A stretch of DNA of 64,000 nucleotides. Source: a virus. Below are positions 38,913-49,161 of this stretch, in pieces. The first letter of the stretch is position 1; each line of letters begins with the position of its first letter. The translations under genes were made by a program, and so were the position numbers. The DNA is taken from positions 50,637 through 114,636 of the IMG/VR virus record IMGVR_UViG_3300021964_012561; one strand, given 5' to 3'. The notes under the pieces are model-generated. The model was given only the letters and a program-made list of their open reading frames with translations. It was not told where the DNA came from and made no database searches.

Positions 38913-41900
38913 ATGGCCGAACAAACATTTAAGTCCCCGGGGTTTTTTGAAAGAGAAATTGATGCTTCTCAAAGAACAGCATCAAGATCGTTTAGTGTCC
39001 CAGGTGGAATTATAGGAATAGCAAGTAGAGGGCCTGCTTTTGTTCCAAAAACAATTACGTCAATGAACCAATTTATCACAAATTTTGGAGATATCAAACC
39101 AGAACAATTTGGAGCAATTGCAGCACATGAATTTTTAAAATTAAGACCTGCTATTACTTTTACAAGAGTCCTAGGCGCAGGATCGATACAAAACGGTTCA
39201 GACTTAGATAACTACACTACATTAGGTATTGTAGCAAATGCTGGATTTTCTTTAAGTGGTTCAGTTAATAGTACACCTGGGCATGCTGAAAGGAGTGATG
39301 GTAGAGATGAAGGTTGTGTTCAGTTTATTTCAGCTAAGCACGAAATACAAACCAACGAACAGCATACTTACCCGATTTTTACTGATAATCAATCGATATC
39401 TAGCAGTACTGCTTATCTTATCAGAAGCATGGTACTTTTAGCTTCGGGTGCACGCTTAGAAATATTAGATCACAACGAATCTTATGCTACAACTGGAAGT
39501 GCAAATGATTTAGCGAGAATTAGTAACTATACAGGGCAAATTAAAAATCAAGGAACGTTTAAGGTTGTCATTTCTTCATCTTTAGGAAGTAGCTTTTCTA
39601 ATGACGAATTAAATCCAGGTATTAAAATTTACACAGCGTCTTTGAATCCTGATTCTGATTATTATGTAGGAAAGATTTTAAACACAAGTTATGATTTATT
39701 TGACTCAAAGCAACATTTACTTCTTGCAGATTTTGTCGTAGAAAATGACATTGCAAAAGTTGAGTATCATGCTACAAATGAAACTGTTGCAGTTTTATCC
39801 GGATCTAGAAGTACTTCTGCAAATGGTGATACAACTAAATACTTTAGAGAAGTATTTGGTTCATTTAATACTAGATACCAAAATGCAAAAACTACATCTT
39901 TTATTTCTCAGCCTTATGGATCCTTAGAATATGATTTATTTCATTTTGAAACATTATCAGACGGTGAAAGTGCAAATAAACTAGTATCTGTTTCTATTGC
40001 TAATTTAAAAAAGTCTGAAGATGTTAACGATCCATATGGGACATTTACCGTTCAAGTAAGAAAATATTCAGACGATGACAACAATCCTGTTATTTATGAA
40101 CAATTTAATAATTGCAACTTAAATCCAGATAGTGAAGATTATGTTGGAAGAAAGATAGGTGATTTAAACGTTTATTATAATTTTAATACAGTTTTAGAGA
40201 GTGAAAGAGGGTTAGCACAAAAAGGAACTTATTCAAATCAATCTAATTTCATAAGAATTGTCTTAAATCCAAACGTTACAAATAAAATAATTCCTAAGAC
40301 AGCTTTACCTTTTGGTTTTAGAGGATTACCTGTTCCTAAAACAACAGATACTTTAACATCTAATTCAACAGCTTTACCTGGTTTAGGAGGTCCAAGTATT
40401 AGATTGGGTGTCTCAGGTTCAGTTTCAGCATTTAAGTATTCAGTAGTCCCACCGGTTCCTATGACTTTTAAAGTAACAAAAGGAAACGGAAATACATCTC
40501 CTGGTTTTACCGGTCATGCTAGTCAAAATGAATTAATAAATAGCAATATTTATTGGGGCATTCAACAAGGTAGACTATACAAAAATACTAACATTGATAG
40601 CAGTGTAGGTCTTAGAAACCCAGAACTGCAGTCGAATAGTAGGTTATTTAATGAGCCTAGTCTCATCGATGCATACAGTAAATTTTTAGGAATACAAAAA
40701 TTAGATGCACTAGTAACCGGTTCTGGTGCAGATGCATTTAATAATAATAAATTTTCTCTTTCAAAAGTAGCATTAAATAATCAATCAAATAGCGCAGATA
40801 CTTTATCAGCTGCTGTTGCTAGAGAATTAACCGGTTCTGCTGACGAACACATGATTGATGCTGCTTACATCAGAAATGCATCTCTAGATCTTCCTAATTT
40901 GACTATTAATGATAATGTTTCAAATACAAGAAGACTAACGTTCGCATCTCTAGCAGCATCTAGCGCTAATACTTTTAATAAGTTTTCTAAGTTTGCTAAA
41001 TTTACCAATGTTTTTTACGGTGGTTTCGATGGCTTAAACATTGTCGATAAAGATGCACGGTTAATGAATGACAAAGCTTCTTCCCTGGAGACAGGGGGTA
41101 AGGCCAATGGAGGAGAAATAAGTTATCAAAACCTCCATGCAGGATCTTCACCTGGCAAAGGTTTAAGAAATAACATTGTCTCTGCTTATTTAGATGCTGC
41201 TAATGTGATGACACAAGAAGGCGTTACAAACATTAACACTTTAATCGTTCCTGGTATTAGAGAAAAATTAATTACAAACAAAGTTTCAGAAAAAGTAAAA
41301 GACAATTCAAAAATTATTTATTTAATGGACATACCTAGTTATGACAAAAACAACATAAGAAAGTTCGACGAATCAGCTGATTTACTAGACATAGGAAAGA
41401 CAGTAGATAAATTTAAAGCTAGAAACATTGACAACAATTTTGTTGCAACATACTTTCCAGATACATTTATTTCAACTGAAGCTGTTAGAAAAATTGTTAA
41501 AGTTCCAGCTTCCGTTTCAGCATTTCAAGCGTTAGCTTATAATGATAATGTTAGCTATCCTTGGTTTGCACCAGCAGGCTTTAACAGAGGTGCTTTAGAA
41601 AATGTTGTAAATACAGATTATAAATTAAACACTGCAGATAGAGATACACTATACGAAGCAAGAATTAATCCTATAGCAAATTTTGCGAATGGTAAGGTCG
41701 TAATTTTTGGACAAAAAACATTACAAATGAGCAGGTCAGCTTTGGATCGAGTTAATGTAAGAAGAATGGTTTTAGAAGTAAAAAGAATTGTTTCTAGAAT
41801 TGCCGGTGATTTTGTATTTGAACAAAACACTCAAATTTTAAAAGATAGATTTATTGCTCAAGTTACGCCTCAATTATCTATAATTCAGTCGCAACAAGGC

Positions 41901-42056
41901 ATAGATAAATTCCAAGTAATCATGGATAAGACTAATAATTCTGCTTTAGATGAAGAGCAAAACAGGTTAAATGGTACAATTGTTTTAGTGCCGACAAGAG
42001 CAGTTGAGTTTATTTCAATTGACTTTATTATAACAAATTCAGGCGTAACTTTTTAA
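38913..42056 (+). CDS. Contractile tail sheath protein 1 (gp18-like)
   Basis: SPGFFEREID, GPAFVP, PWFAPAGFNRG, LYEARINPI, FGQKTL, LDRVNVRR, FEQN. Confidence 0.93.
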   Translation: MAEQTFKSPGFFEREIDASQRTASRSFSVPGGIIGIASRGPAFVPKTITSMNQFITNFGDIKPEQFGAIAAHEFLKLRPAITFTRVLGAGSIQNGSDLDNYTTLGIVANAGFSLSGSVNSTPGHAERSDGRDEGCVQFISAKHEIQTNEQHTYPIFTDNQSISSSTAYLIRSMVLLASGARLEILDHNESYATTGSANDLARISNYTGQIKNQGTFKVVISSSLGSSFSNDELNPGIKIYTASLNPDSDYYVGKILNTSYDLFDSKQHLLLADFVVENDIAKVEYHATNETVAVLSGSRSTSANGDTTKYFREVFGSFNTRYQNAKTTSFISQPYGSLEYDLFHFETLSDGESANKLVSVSIANLKKSEDVNDPYGTFTVQVRKYSDDDNNPVIYEQFNNCNLNPDSEDYVGRKIGDLNVYYNFNTVLESERGLAQKGTYSNQSNFIRIVLNPNVTNKIIPKTALPFGFRGLPVPKTTDTLTSNSTALPGLGGPSIRLGVSGSVSAFKYSVVPPVPMTFKVTKGNGNTSPGFTGHASQNELINSNIYWGIQQGRLYKNTNIDSSVGLRNPELQSNSRLFNEPSLIDAYSKFLGIQKLDALVTGSGADAFNNNKFSLSKVALNNQSNSADTLSAAVARELTGSADEHMIDAAYIRNASLDLPNLTINDNVSNTRRLTFASLAASSANTFNKFSKFAKFTNVFYGGFDGLNIVDKDARLMNDKASSLETGGKANGGEISYQNLHAGSSPGKGLRNNIVSAYLDAANVMTQEGVTNINTLIVPGIREKLITNKVSEKVKDNSKIIYLMDIPSYDKNNIRKFDESADLLDIGKTVDKFKARNIDNNFVATYFPDTFISTEAVRKIVKVPASVSAFQALAYNDNVSYPWFAPAGFNRGALENVVNTDYKLNTADRDTLYEARINPIANFANGKVVIFGQKTLQMSRSALDRVNVRRMVLEVKRIVSRIAGDFVFEQNTQILKDRFIAQVTPQLSIIQSQQGIDKFQVIMDKTNNSALDEEQNRLNGTIVLVPTRAVEFISIDFIITNSGVTF

Positions 42057-42089
42057 ATCGTATATTTAATGAATAATGGAGAAATTTAA

Positions 42090-45000
42090 ATGGCAGAAAT
42101 AGTATACAAAAGTCCAGGCGTATTTACAAGAGAAATAGATAATTCTCAGCCTAGTCCTCAAAACGGACCTTTGACAACGCCGGCGGGTATTATCGGAACT
42201 GCTAATTTGGGTCCGGCATTTGTACCGGTCACGATCAGTTCTTTATCAGAATTAAACTCTGTCTTTGGCGACGTCGATGGGTCAAGCTTTGGAAGATTAG
42301 CAGCAGCAGAATATTTAAGAAACGGTGGGGGATCTGTTGCTTATGTTAGGGTACTAGGCGCTGGTGATGGAAAACAAAGAAATGACAATGGTACAGTTAC
42401 AAACGCTGGATTTGTTGTTGGTAATGAAATAATTCAGCCTAACGGAAATGTAGGTAATAACGCATATGCAAATGCAGGTTCTGGCGACGTTAAAGGTAGA
42501 ACTTATTTTCTTGGTTGTTTCATGTCAGAATCAAATGGATCAACAATTTTTTCTGACGCAGGAATACAAAAAACAGGAAGAACAAAAGCAACAGCACAAA
42601 TTCAAGCTGTGTCGATACTTCCAGCGCAATATGATGGTGGAAAATTGACCATAGTTGATTCTGAGTCTGTATCAAAGGTTTATGTATTTGATGATGACAA
42701 CGATGGTGCGACTGGTACTCTTGATGGTAGCGATATAAGAATTCAAATTAATGGTTTGGGTACTGCTGGTGCAATAGCAGCCCAAATTAAAGCTGCAATT
42801 GAAAGTACAAACGGGCATAATGGTTCAATAACAATAACACTTTCAACAGATGCCGCGGCAAATGATACACTTACTTTGACACCTACTACACCTGGCACAG
42901 TAGGTAATAATACAATAACAAGAACAGTTATAACTGCTGACAATATTTATACAATATCAGGATTTTCTGGCGGTGTAGATAATGATCACGCAGTTCCTAT
43001 TCTTCGAGGTGTACTTCTTGCGCCAAGCGGTGTAGCTCTTTCTTTAAGTGGAGCTTTTCACAATGAAGTAAGTCAAACTCCTTTGTTAACAACGACAGCA
43101 ACCACAGATGGTTCTACCCCAAGATACGGACAAATGACAGGTTCTATAGAGATGGCAAAGTCAGGTAGTTTTACTTTATTGTTGAACGGTTTTAAAGGGT
43201 CCAATGAAAGAGAATCTAACGTAATAACAGCATCTTTTGACCCTACATCAATTTCTTATTTTGGTGATGTATTCAATACAGACCCGCTCAAAATAGAAGA
43301 ACACGGACATCTTTTATATTCTCAATATTATATACATCCTCAGTATGGGGTTATAACAGGCTCTGGAGCAATACCAAGCACAGTAAGCTCAAAATTTGAA
43401 AACATTGCTTTTATTTTAACCGGATCTAATGCAAGAGCAATAACATCCGGTTTCAGTGACATACCTGACTATGAAGATTTTCAAGACAGATTTTCACATG
43501 CTGAGTCTCCTTATATTATTTCTCAAGACTTAGGCGAAACATATGATTTATTTAAGTTAGTATCATTATCTCCTGGGCCAGATTTTGCATCAAAATACAA
43601 GTTTTCTATTCAAAACATAAATCCTAATGTGAAAACTTTTGATCTTATAATTAGATCTGCTGATGACGTTGATGGAGAATTAAACATTATAGAAGCTTAT
43701 TATGGATTATCTTTAAATCCGGATAATGATTTTTATGTCGCTAGAGTTATTGGTGATTTTAATTTAAGATATAATTTTGATAATTCAGAATCTTCTCAAG
43801 GTTTAGTTGTTGAAGGATCTCATCCTAACATATCTAAATTAGTCAGAGTAGTTGTTTCTAGTGATTTAGAAAACGGAAATGTACCTAAAACTGCTTTACC
43901 TTTTGGTTTTAGAGGGGCAATGCATACAGTTACATCTGGTTCTTTATTGGCACCTTGCCCAGGAAACTTTTCAAACTCAGATATATTGCAAAGATTAACT
44001 GAACCTCCTTTCCCATTTAGAGAAACAATTTCTTCTGGAGAAGGAGTCAATAAACAAGCTGAATCTAAGTACTTCTGGGGATTCCAAAAAGAAGCAAAAA
44101 TCAACGTAACGCAACCTAATCTATTTGATAATACTGTTATTGAAAGTCACAATGTTTTTACAAAACATTATCCGACTCATAGAACAGATACAACTGCTTT
44201 TGCTGTTAAGGAAAACGTTGGAACGGCAAACGTAAATGGTTCTGTCTTAGATGTTGATTTATTCAATAAGAATAAATTTTCTCTTGAACATGTAAAGGTA
44301 GTTACTGCGTCTAATGGAAGAGCAGATACTACAAAATGGTTAAGTGCATCTTACGTAAGAGGTGGATCTATTACAGAAGATGACACGGCAAAGACAAGAG
44401 CTTTGACAGTTAACGACCTAGTAGAATCAGCAAATCAAGTATATGCAAAATTCACATGTTTATTTCAAGGCGGTTTTAATGGCGTCAATGTATTTGATGT
44501 AGATAAATCAAATTTGGCAAACGATGCTTTAAAAAGAGAATACGATAATGTGTCAGATCAAGGCGGTGTCAAGTCCGGACCTACAATAAAGTCATATAGA
44601 AAAGCGCTGGATGTTTTAGGATCAAAATCTGACATTGACATACAATTGCTATCAGCTCCAGGTATTAGACATTCATCAGTAACAGACTATGGAATAAGCG
44701 TTGCAGAAAATAGATTTGATACTTTATTTATTTTTGACATAGAAAAATACAATAGTCAAAACAATTTAATGACAGGGTCTTCTGACGATTTACCTAGTAT
44801 AAGATACACTGTGGATGCTTTTATTAATCGAGGTTTAGACACATCATTTGCAGCAGCTTATTTCCCAGACGTTAATATGCAATTTCAAAAAGCAAATGGT
44901 GAAGTAATTACAAAAAAAGTACCTCCTTCAGTTGGTGTACTTGGAGCTTATGCTAACAACGATACGATTGGAAAGTCATGGTTTGCTCCAGCTGGAAATA

Positions 45001-45476
45001 CAAGAGGTTCATTAAGTACAGCTATTTCTTCTGAATTAGGAACATTAACTAGGACTAATTTAGATAAACTATACGAAGCTGACATTAATCCAATTAATAC
45101 TACAATTAACTATGGTGTAGTTATACAAGGTCAAAAAACGCTACTTAAGAATTTGTCAGCTTTGGATCGAGTTAATGTAAGAAGATTATTAATTAGTGTA
45201 AGACGTTCTGTTAGAAATATTGCAAACACTCTTATTTTTGAACCTAACAGAACTGAAACTTTGAGTAAGTTTACTTCACTAGTAAATCCAGTTTTAGAAA
45301 GTCTGAAGAATCAGCAAGGAGTTTCTAGATACAAGGTGGTTATAGATGAAACTACCACAACGCAAGCTGATGTTGAGAATAATACCATTAGAGGTAAAAT
45401 TTATATACAACCTGTCAGAGTAGCAGAATTTATTGCTCTTGACTTTAATTTAACAAACAATGGAACAATTGACTAA
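42090..45476 (+). CDS. Contractile tail sheath protein 2 (gp18-like)
   Basis: SPGVFTREID, GPAFVP, WFAPAGNTRG, GQKTL, LDRVNVRRL, FEPN. Confidence 0.93.
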   Translation: MAEIVYKSPGVFTREIDNSQPSPQNGPLTTPAGIIGTANLGPAFVPVTISSLSELNSVFGDVDGSSFGRLAAAEYLRNGGGSVAYVRVLGAGDGKQRNDNGTVTNAGFVVGNEIIQPNGNVGNNAYANAGSGDVKGRTYFLGCFMSESNGSTIFSDAGIQKTGRTKATAQIQAVSILPAQYDGGKLTIVDSESVSKVYVFDDDNDGATGTLDGSDIRIQINGLGTAGAIAAQIKAAIESTNGHNGSITITLSTDAAANDTLTLTPTTPGTVGNNTITRTVITADNIYTISGFSGGVDNDHAVPILRGVLLAPSGVALSLSGAFHNEVSQTPLLTTTATTDGSTPRYGQMTGSIEMAKSGSFTLLLNGFKGSNERESNVITASFDPTSISYFGDVFNTDPLKIEEHGHLLYSQYYIHPQYGVITGSGAIPSTVSSKFENIAFILTGSNARAITSGFSDIPDYEDFQDRFSHAESPYIISQDLGETYDLFKLVSLSPGPDFASKYKFSIQNINPNVKTFDLIIRSADDVDGELNIIEAYYGLSLNPDNDFYVARVIGDFNLRYNFDNSESSQGLVVEGSHPNISKLVRVVVSSDLENGNVPKTALPFGFRGAMHTVTSGSLLAPCPGNFSNSDILQRLTEPPFPFRETISSGEGVNKQAESKYFWGFQKEAKINVTQPNLFDNTVIESHNVFTKHYPTHRTDTTAFAVKENVGTANVNGSVLDVDLFNKNKFSLEHVKVVTASNGRADTTKWLSASYVRGGSITEDDTAKTRALTVNDLVESANQVYAKFTCLFQGGFNGVNVFDVDKSNLANDALKREYDNVSDQGGVKSGPTIKSYRKALDVLGSKSDIDIQLLSAPGIRHSSVTDYGISVAENRFDTLFIFDIEKYNSQNNLMTGSSDDLPSIRYTVDAFINRGLDTSFAAAYFPDVNMQFQKANGEVITKKVPPSVGVLGAYANNDTIGKSWFAPAGNTRGSLSTAISSELGTLTRTNLDKLYEADINPINTTINYGVVIQGQKTLLKNLSALDRVNVRRLLISVRRSVRNIANTLIFEPNRTETLSKFTSLVNPVLESLKNQQGVSRYKVVIDETTTTQADVENNTIRGKIYIQPVRVAEFIALDFNLTNNGTID

Positions 45477-45490
45477 CTAGGAGAAATAAA

Positions 45491-45979
45491 ATGGCAGAAA
45501 CGCTAAACGTCACAGACATGCTACCTAACAGGTTTGAACCAAAAAGAGGTTATCGTTGGGTACTGGCCCTTGAAGGAATCGATTCTTTTTTAATTAAAGG
45601 AACTGCTCGACCAACATTTACTATTGGGTCAACAAAAATTGAATTTATCAATAGCTATCGTTATGTAGCAGGTAAATTAGACATGGGAAATATGAATGTA
45701 ACTTTGCATGATCCTATTGCACCCTCAGGAGCTCAACAAGTAATGGAATGGATTCGCACGCATGTTGAATCAGTTTCTGGTAGAGCAGGATATGCAGATT
45801 TTTATAAAAGAGACTTACAAATTAAATTATTAGACCCGATAGGTACTGTTGTAGAATTATGGGATGTTAAAGGTGCATTCATAACATCGGCAGGTTTTGG
45901 AAGTTTAGATTACGGTGGTGATTCTTTAATGGAGATTTCTTTAACATTGCAATTTGACAATTGTGTATTGCAATACTAA
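45491..45979 (+). CDS. Tail tube protein (gp19-like)
   Basis: 162 aa after the sheaths; FEPKR..RW, VTLHDPI, LLDPIGTVVELWDVKGAF. Confidence 0.9.
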   Translation: MAETLNVTDMLPNRFEPKRGYRWVLALEGIDSFLIKGTARPTFTIGSTKIEFINSYRYVAGKLDMGNMNVTLHDPIAPSGAQQVMEWIRTHVESVSGRAGYADFYKRDLQIKLLDPIGTVVELWDVKGAFITSAGFGSLDYGGDSLMEISLTLQFDNCVLQY

Positions 45980-46007
45980 ATAATTAAATTTTGATTTTAT
46001 TTTATAG

Positions 46008-46042
46008 TGTTACATTTTACAATAGTAGTGTAACATTTTTTT
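46008..46042 (+). terminator. Probable weak terminator after tail tube
   Basis: TGTTACAT..TAC-AATA-GTA-GTGTAACA hairpin followed by T7. Confidence 0.5.
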
Positions 46043-46053
46043 ATGGAGAATAA

Positions 46054-46872
46054 ATGTCGAATTCGTCATTAGATGCCATGCAGCACGTAATGAAGCAAAA
46101 CGTGCTCAAAGAAGAGTTTGGCTGGGAAATACCAGTTGAGACTGTACCTATTCCTTCGAGAGGTATTTTATATAGCCCAGATAGCAGATTATATAAAAAA
46201 GAAATATTAAAAATTAAAGCAATGACTGCAAGAGAAGAAGACATTTTGACTTCAAATGCATTAATTAAAGAAGGGACTGCGGTCGACCATTTAATTACAT
46301 CTTGCGTTTTAGAGGAAGGAGTAAATGCTTTAGACTTAGTTCTTGGTGATAAGAACGCTTTAATGGTTTCAATAAGAATAACTGGATACGGCAAAGATTA
46401 TCGTATTAAACCAATTTGTGAAAGCTGTGGTAAGATATCAGACATTAATTTTGATTTATCAGATCTTGGGATTAAAAGACTAAAAATAGACCCAATAGAA
46501 GAAGGTAAAAATGAATTTAGTTTTCAATTACCAGTCACAAAAAAGAATGTTATCTTTAAATTTTTAACTTCTCATGACGACAAAGAAAGAGATAGAAAAC
46601 AAAAATTTTATAAAGATACTTTTAAAGTTGACAATAATGTTACAAGTTACCTTGAATCAACAATTATTTCAATTGAAGGAATTACAGATAAAAATAAAAT
46701 AAATCATTTTATTAAAAACATGCCTGCTTTTGACTCTAAATCGCTAAGAAATTTTATTAGAGATAATGAGCCAGGAATTGACATGTCTCACCAGTTTGCC
46801 TGTCATCATTGCCAGCACGTAAACAAAGCAAATCTGGCGATAACACCTGAGTTTTTTTGGCCTCGGACATAA
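46054..46872 (+). CDS. Tail assembly chaperone/baseplate hub assembly protein (gp26-like)
   Basis: VPIPSRG..Y, MTAREEDILT, CESC/CHHC Zn pairs, terminal FFWP; between tube and tape measure. Confidence 0.75.
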   Translation: MSNSSLDAMQHVMKQNVLKEEFGWEIPVETVPIPSRGILYSPDSRLYKKEILKIKAMTAREEDILTSNALIKEGTAVDHLITSCVLEEGVNALDLVLGDKNALMVSIRITGYGKDYRIKPICESCGKISDINFDLSDLGIKRLKIDPIEEGKNEFSFQLPVTKKNVIFKFLTSHDDKERDRKQKFYKDTFKVDNNVTSYLESTIISIEGITDKNKINHFIKNMPAFDSKSLRNFIRDNEPGIDMSHQFACHHCQHVNKANLAITPEFFWPRT

Positions 46873-47086
46873 CTGGAGAGAATACTTTTTAGAAGAAAGT
46901 TTCATGCTTCAGATGCACCTCAACATGTCATATTCAGAGGTGAGAAATATGCCAACTGCATATCGTAGATGGTATATTGAAAGGCTAGTGAAGCATTTTA
47001 AAGACTTGAGTGGTAAAAATAAAGAAGAAGAAACGCCTATATCTGAAAATATTAGAAAAATAGATGATATCATTTCCAAACTCTAG
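46853..47086 (+). CDS. Second chaperone ORF (gp51-like / 'T' segment), probably reached by frameshift
   Basis: +1 frame is open from the T7 run: FFGLGHNWREYFLEESFMLQMHLNMSYSEVRNMPTAYRRWYIERL; no well-spaced SD for ATG 46904. Confidence 0.6.
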   Translation, partial: FFGLGHNWREYFLEESFMLQMHLNMSYSEVRNMPTAYRRWYIERLVKHFKDLSGKNKEEETPISENIRKIDDIISKL

Positions 47087-47128
47087 TTTTTATAATAGTT
47101 AGTAATAAGAACTAATTTAGGAGATGAC

Positions 47129-48955
47129 ATGTCTAATGGTAACATACCTAGTTACGGTGATTCACAAAGTAACATTAGCCAGCAAATGGCCAATTCTTTA
47201 GTTGGTATTGAACAAAACACTCAAGACACTAATACTTTTTTTAAAAATACAAGTTTTGCAAGATTAGGCGCAGCTGCAACAGCAATTTCAGTTCAAGGTA
47301 TTCAAGGCGTAAAAGATAGTTTTGATACCTTAGGCGATGGTATGCGTAAAATGTATCAAGAAAACATAAACAATATTGAAGAGTATAGAAGAGTTTATGG
47401 CGGTTTAAAAGCAGGGGAAGAATTTGACTTTGTTCCACAAAGTGCAGTGTCCCAAGCTTTAAGAAGATTTGAAACAGTTAAATTAGCTTTTGCAAATAAT
47501 GATACTGAAATAAGAATGGGAATGGAATCCACTGGTGCTGATATAATAAGTAACATTACCAGTACGAACGAAAACATTCTTAAAAAATACTTTGAAAATG
47601 CTGAAGATGCTGCTATGAAAGCAGAAAGTATTTTAACGGATTTGTCAACAACTTACGGAAACCAAGTTTCTAAATTAACAGATGAGCAAGTTGTAAAGTT
47701 ATCATTTTATGAAGACGCAATGGGAGTTTCAGCTGATACGATTCAAATGTATTTTCAAAAGCAAATTGGGTTTACTGATGAAATTACGCTTGAATCAATG
47801 GATAAGATTGGTATGTATGCTAATAATTTGTCTCAAAAGCTAAACATACCAATGAAGACATTAACTAACATGACAATGAAAATGATGTCAAATACAGAAA
47901 TGTTTGGTGATATTACGGCTGAAGAAGCTACTAGAATGTCTGCTAAATTAACACAGTTAGGTTATACTTACGAAGAGTTAAATGCTGTACAAAATAAATT
48001 TGCTACATTTTCTGGTGCTGCACAGGCTGCAGGTACTATGGCACAGTTAACAGGGGTTCAAGTTGATGCAATGAAGATGTCATACTTGACTTCTGAAGGT
48101 AAATTTGATGAATTGATTGAGTATCAAAGAGATTCTTTATTAAAAGCAGGAATGACTAAAGAAAAGTTTTTGTCACAATCTAATTCAATGAAAAACGCAA
48201 TTGCAAAAGCTTTCGGAAGAAGTCAAGAAGAATTAGCATTTTTACTTGACAACAACAGAAGAATTTCTTCACAAGAAGAATTAGATGAAATGATGGGAGC
48301 TTCTGATGTTGCTGCTGAAGAAGGATTTGATAAATTATTAGAAAATTTAAAACAAACACAAAATGCTTTTGCAGATACAGAAAAAATAATAGAAGAACAA
48401 ACTAAAAATCTTTTAGCAGCTAAATCTGCTGATGCTTATGAAGCAGCCCAGAATTTTTCAAGAATGAATACCGGATTGATGGACAATACAAAACTTTTAG
48501 GGCAATCTCAAGAAAATTTTAATAAATTAGCTGATGGTTTTATTGATTCTATGAATCAACTTTCAGACATAGATTCAAAAGACATTGATTTGGCATCTTT
48601 TACATCAAAGGTCGGACAAGCAACTTTGGGATTGGGAGCTACTGCGGTTGATGTCATGACTCAGGCAGGTAAAATAACAGACGCACAAGAAGAAATATCA
48701 AATTCTATTGCTACAACAACAACAGAAGCTGAAGAGTCTCAAGCCAGATTAGACGATCTTATGAGAACTATGGGTACGAACAAAGCAGAAGAACAAGCAT
48801 CCCAGGCTGCAGCAACTGAAGCTGCCATAAGTACTGGCTTAGAAAATGCAGTTATTAACATGCCAAAACCAGAACTTAATTTAAGCGAAGGTTCAATTCA
48901 AGTTTTAGTTGATTCTACACAAATACCAATTAAAGGATTAGAAGTAAAAGAATGA
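47129..48955 (+). CDS. Tape measure-like protein
   Basis: 608 aa, helical, Ala/Gln/Met-rich; follows the chaperones. Confidence 0.7.
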   Translation: MSNGNIPSYGDSQSNISQQMANSLVGIEQNTQDTNTFFKNTSFARLGAAATAISVQGIQGVKDSFDTLGDGMRKMYQENINNIEEYRRVYGGLKAGEEFDFVPQSAVSQALRRFETVKLAFANNDTEIRMGMESTGADIISNITSTNENILKKYFENAEDAAMKAESILTDLSTTYGNQVSKLTDEQVVKLSFYEDAMGVSADTIQMYFQKQIGFTDEITLESMDKIGMYANNLSQKLNIPMKTLTNMTMKMMSNTEMFGDITAEEATRMSAKLTQLGYTYEELNAVQNKFATFSGAAQAAGTMAQLTGVQVDAMKMSYLTSEGKFDELIEYQRDSLLKAGMTKEKFLSQSNSMKNAIAKAFGRSQEELAFLLDNNRRISSQEELDEMMGASDVAAEEGFDKLLENLKQTQNAFADTEKIIEEQTKNLLAAKSADAYEAAQNFSRMNTGLMDNTKLLGQSQENFNKLADGFIDSMNQLSDIDSKDIDLASFTSKVGQATLGLGATAVDVMTQAGKITDAQEEISNSIATTTTEAEESQARLDDLMRTMGTNKAEEQASQAAATEAAISTGLENAVINMPKPELNLSEGSIQVLVDSTQIPIKGLEVKE

Positions 48956-49161
48956 AAAAATACAAAAAAATAAAAAAAGATGAATTAAAAGACGAATTAT
49001 ATCAAATAACAGAAAATTATAATCTAACAAACGAAGAAAAAGCTGAAGTTGATATAATTATTAATAATTACACTTCAGTTTTACAAAAAATAGATAAAAA
49101 TAATTTTGAAAGTTTAAAAAATTATTTGGTTAAAATACTAAGCAAGGAAGACAATGTCTGA
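48952..49161 (+). CDS. Small hypothetical protein
   Basis: ATGA overlap with tape measure; 69 aa. Confidence 0.5.
   Translation: MKKYKKIKKDELKDELYQITENYNLTNEEKAEVDIIINNYTSVLQKIDKNNFESLKNYLVKILSKEDNV

Noticed and set aside
46005-46040. TAGTGTTACATTTT/TAGTGTAACATTTT repeat as a transcription factor operator
   Set aside because: More simply explained as a terminator hairpin with a T tail; no second copy noticed elsewhere.
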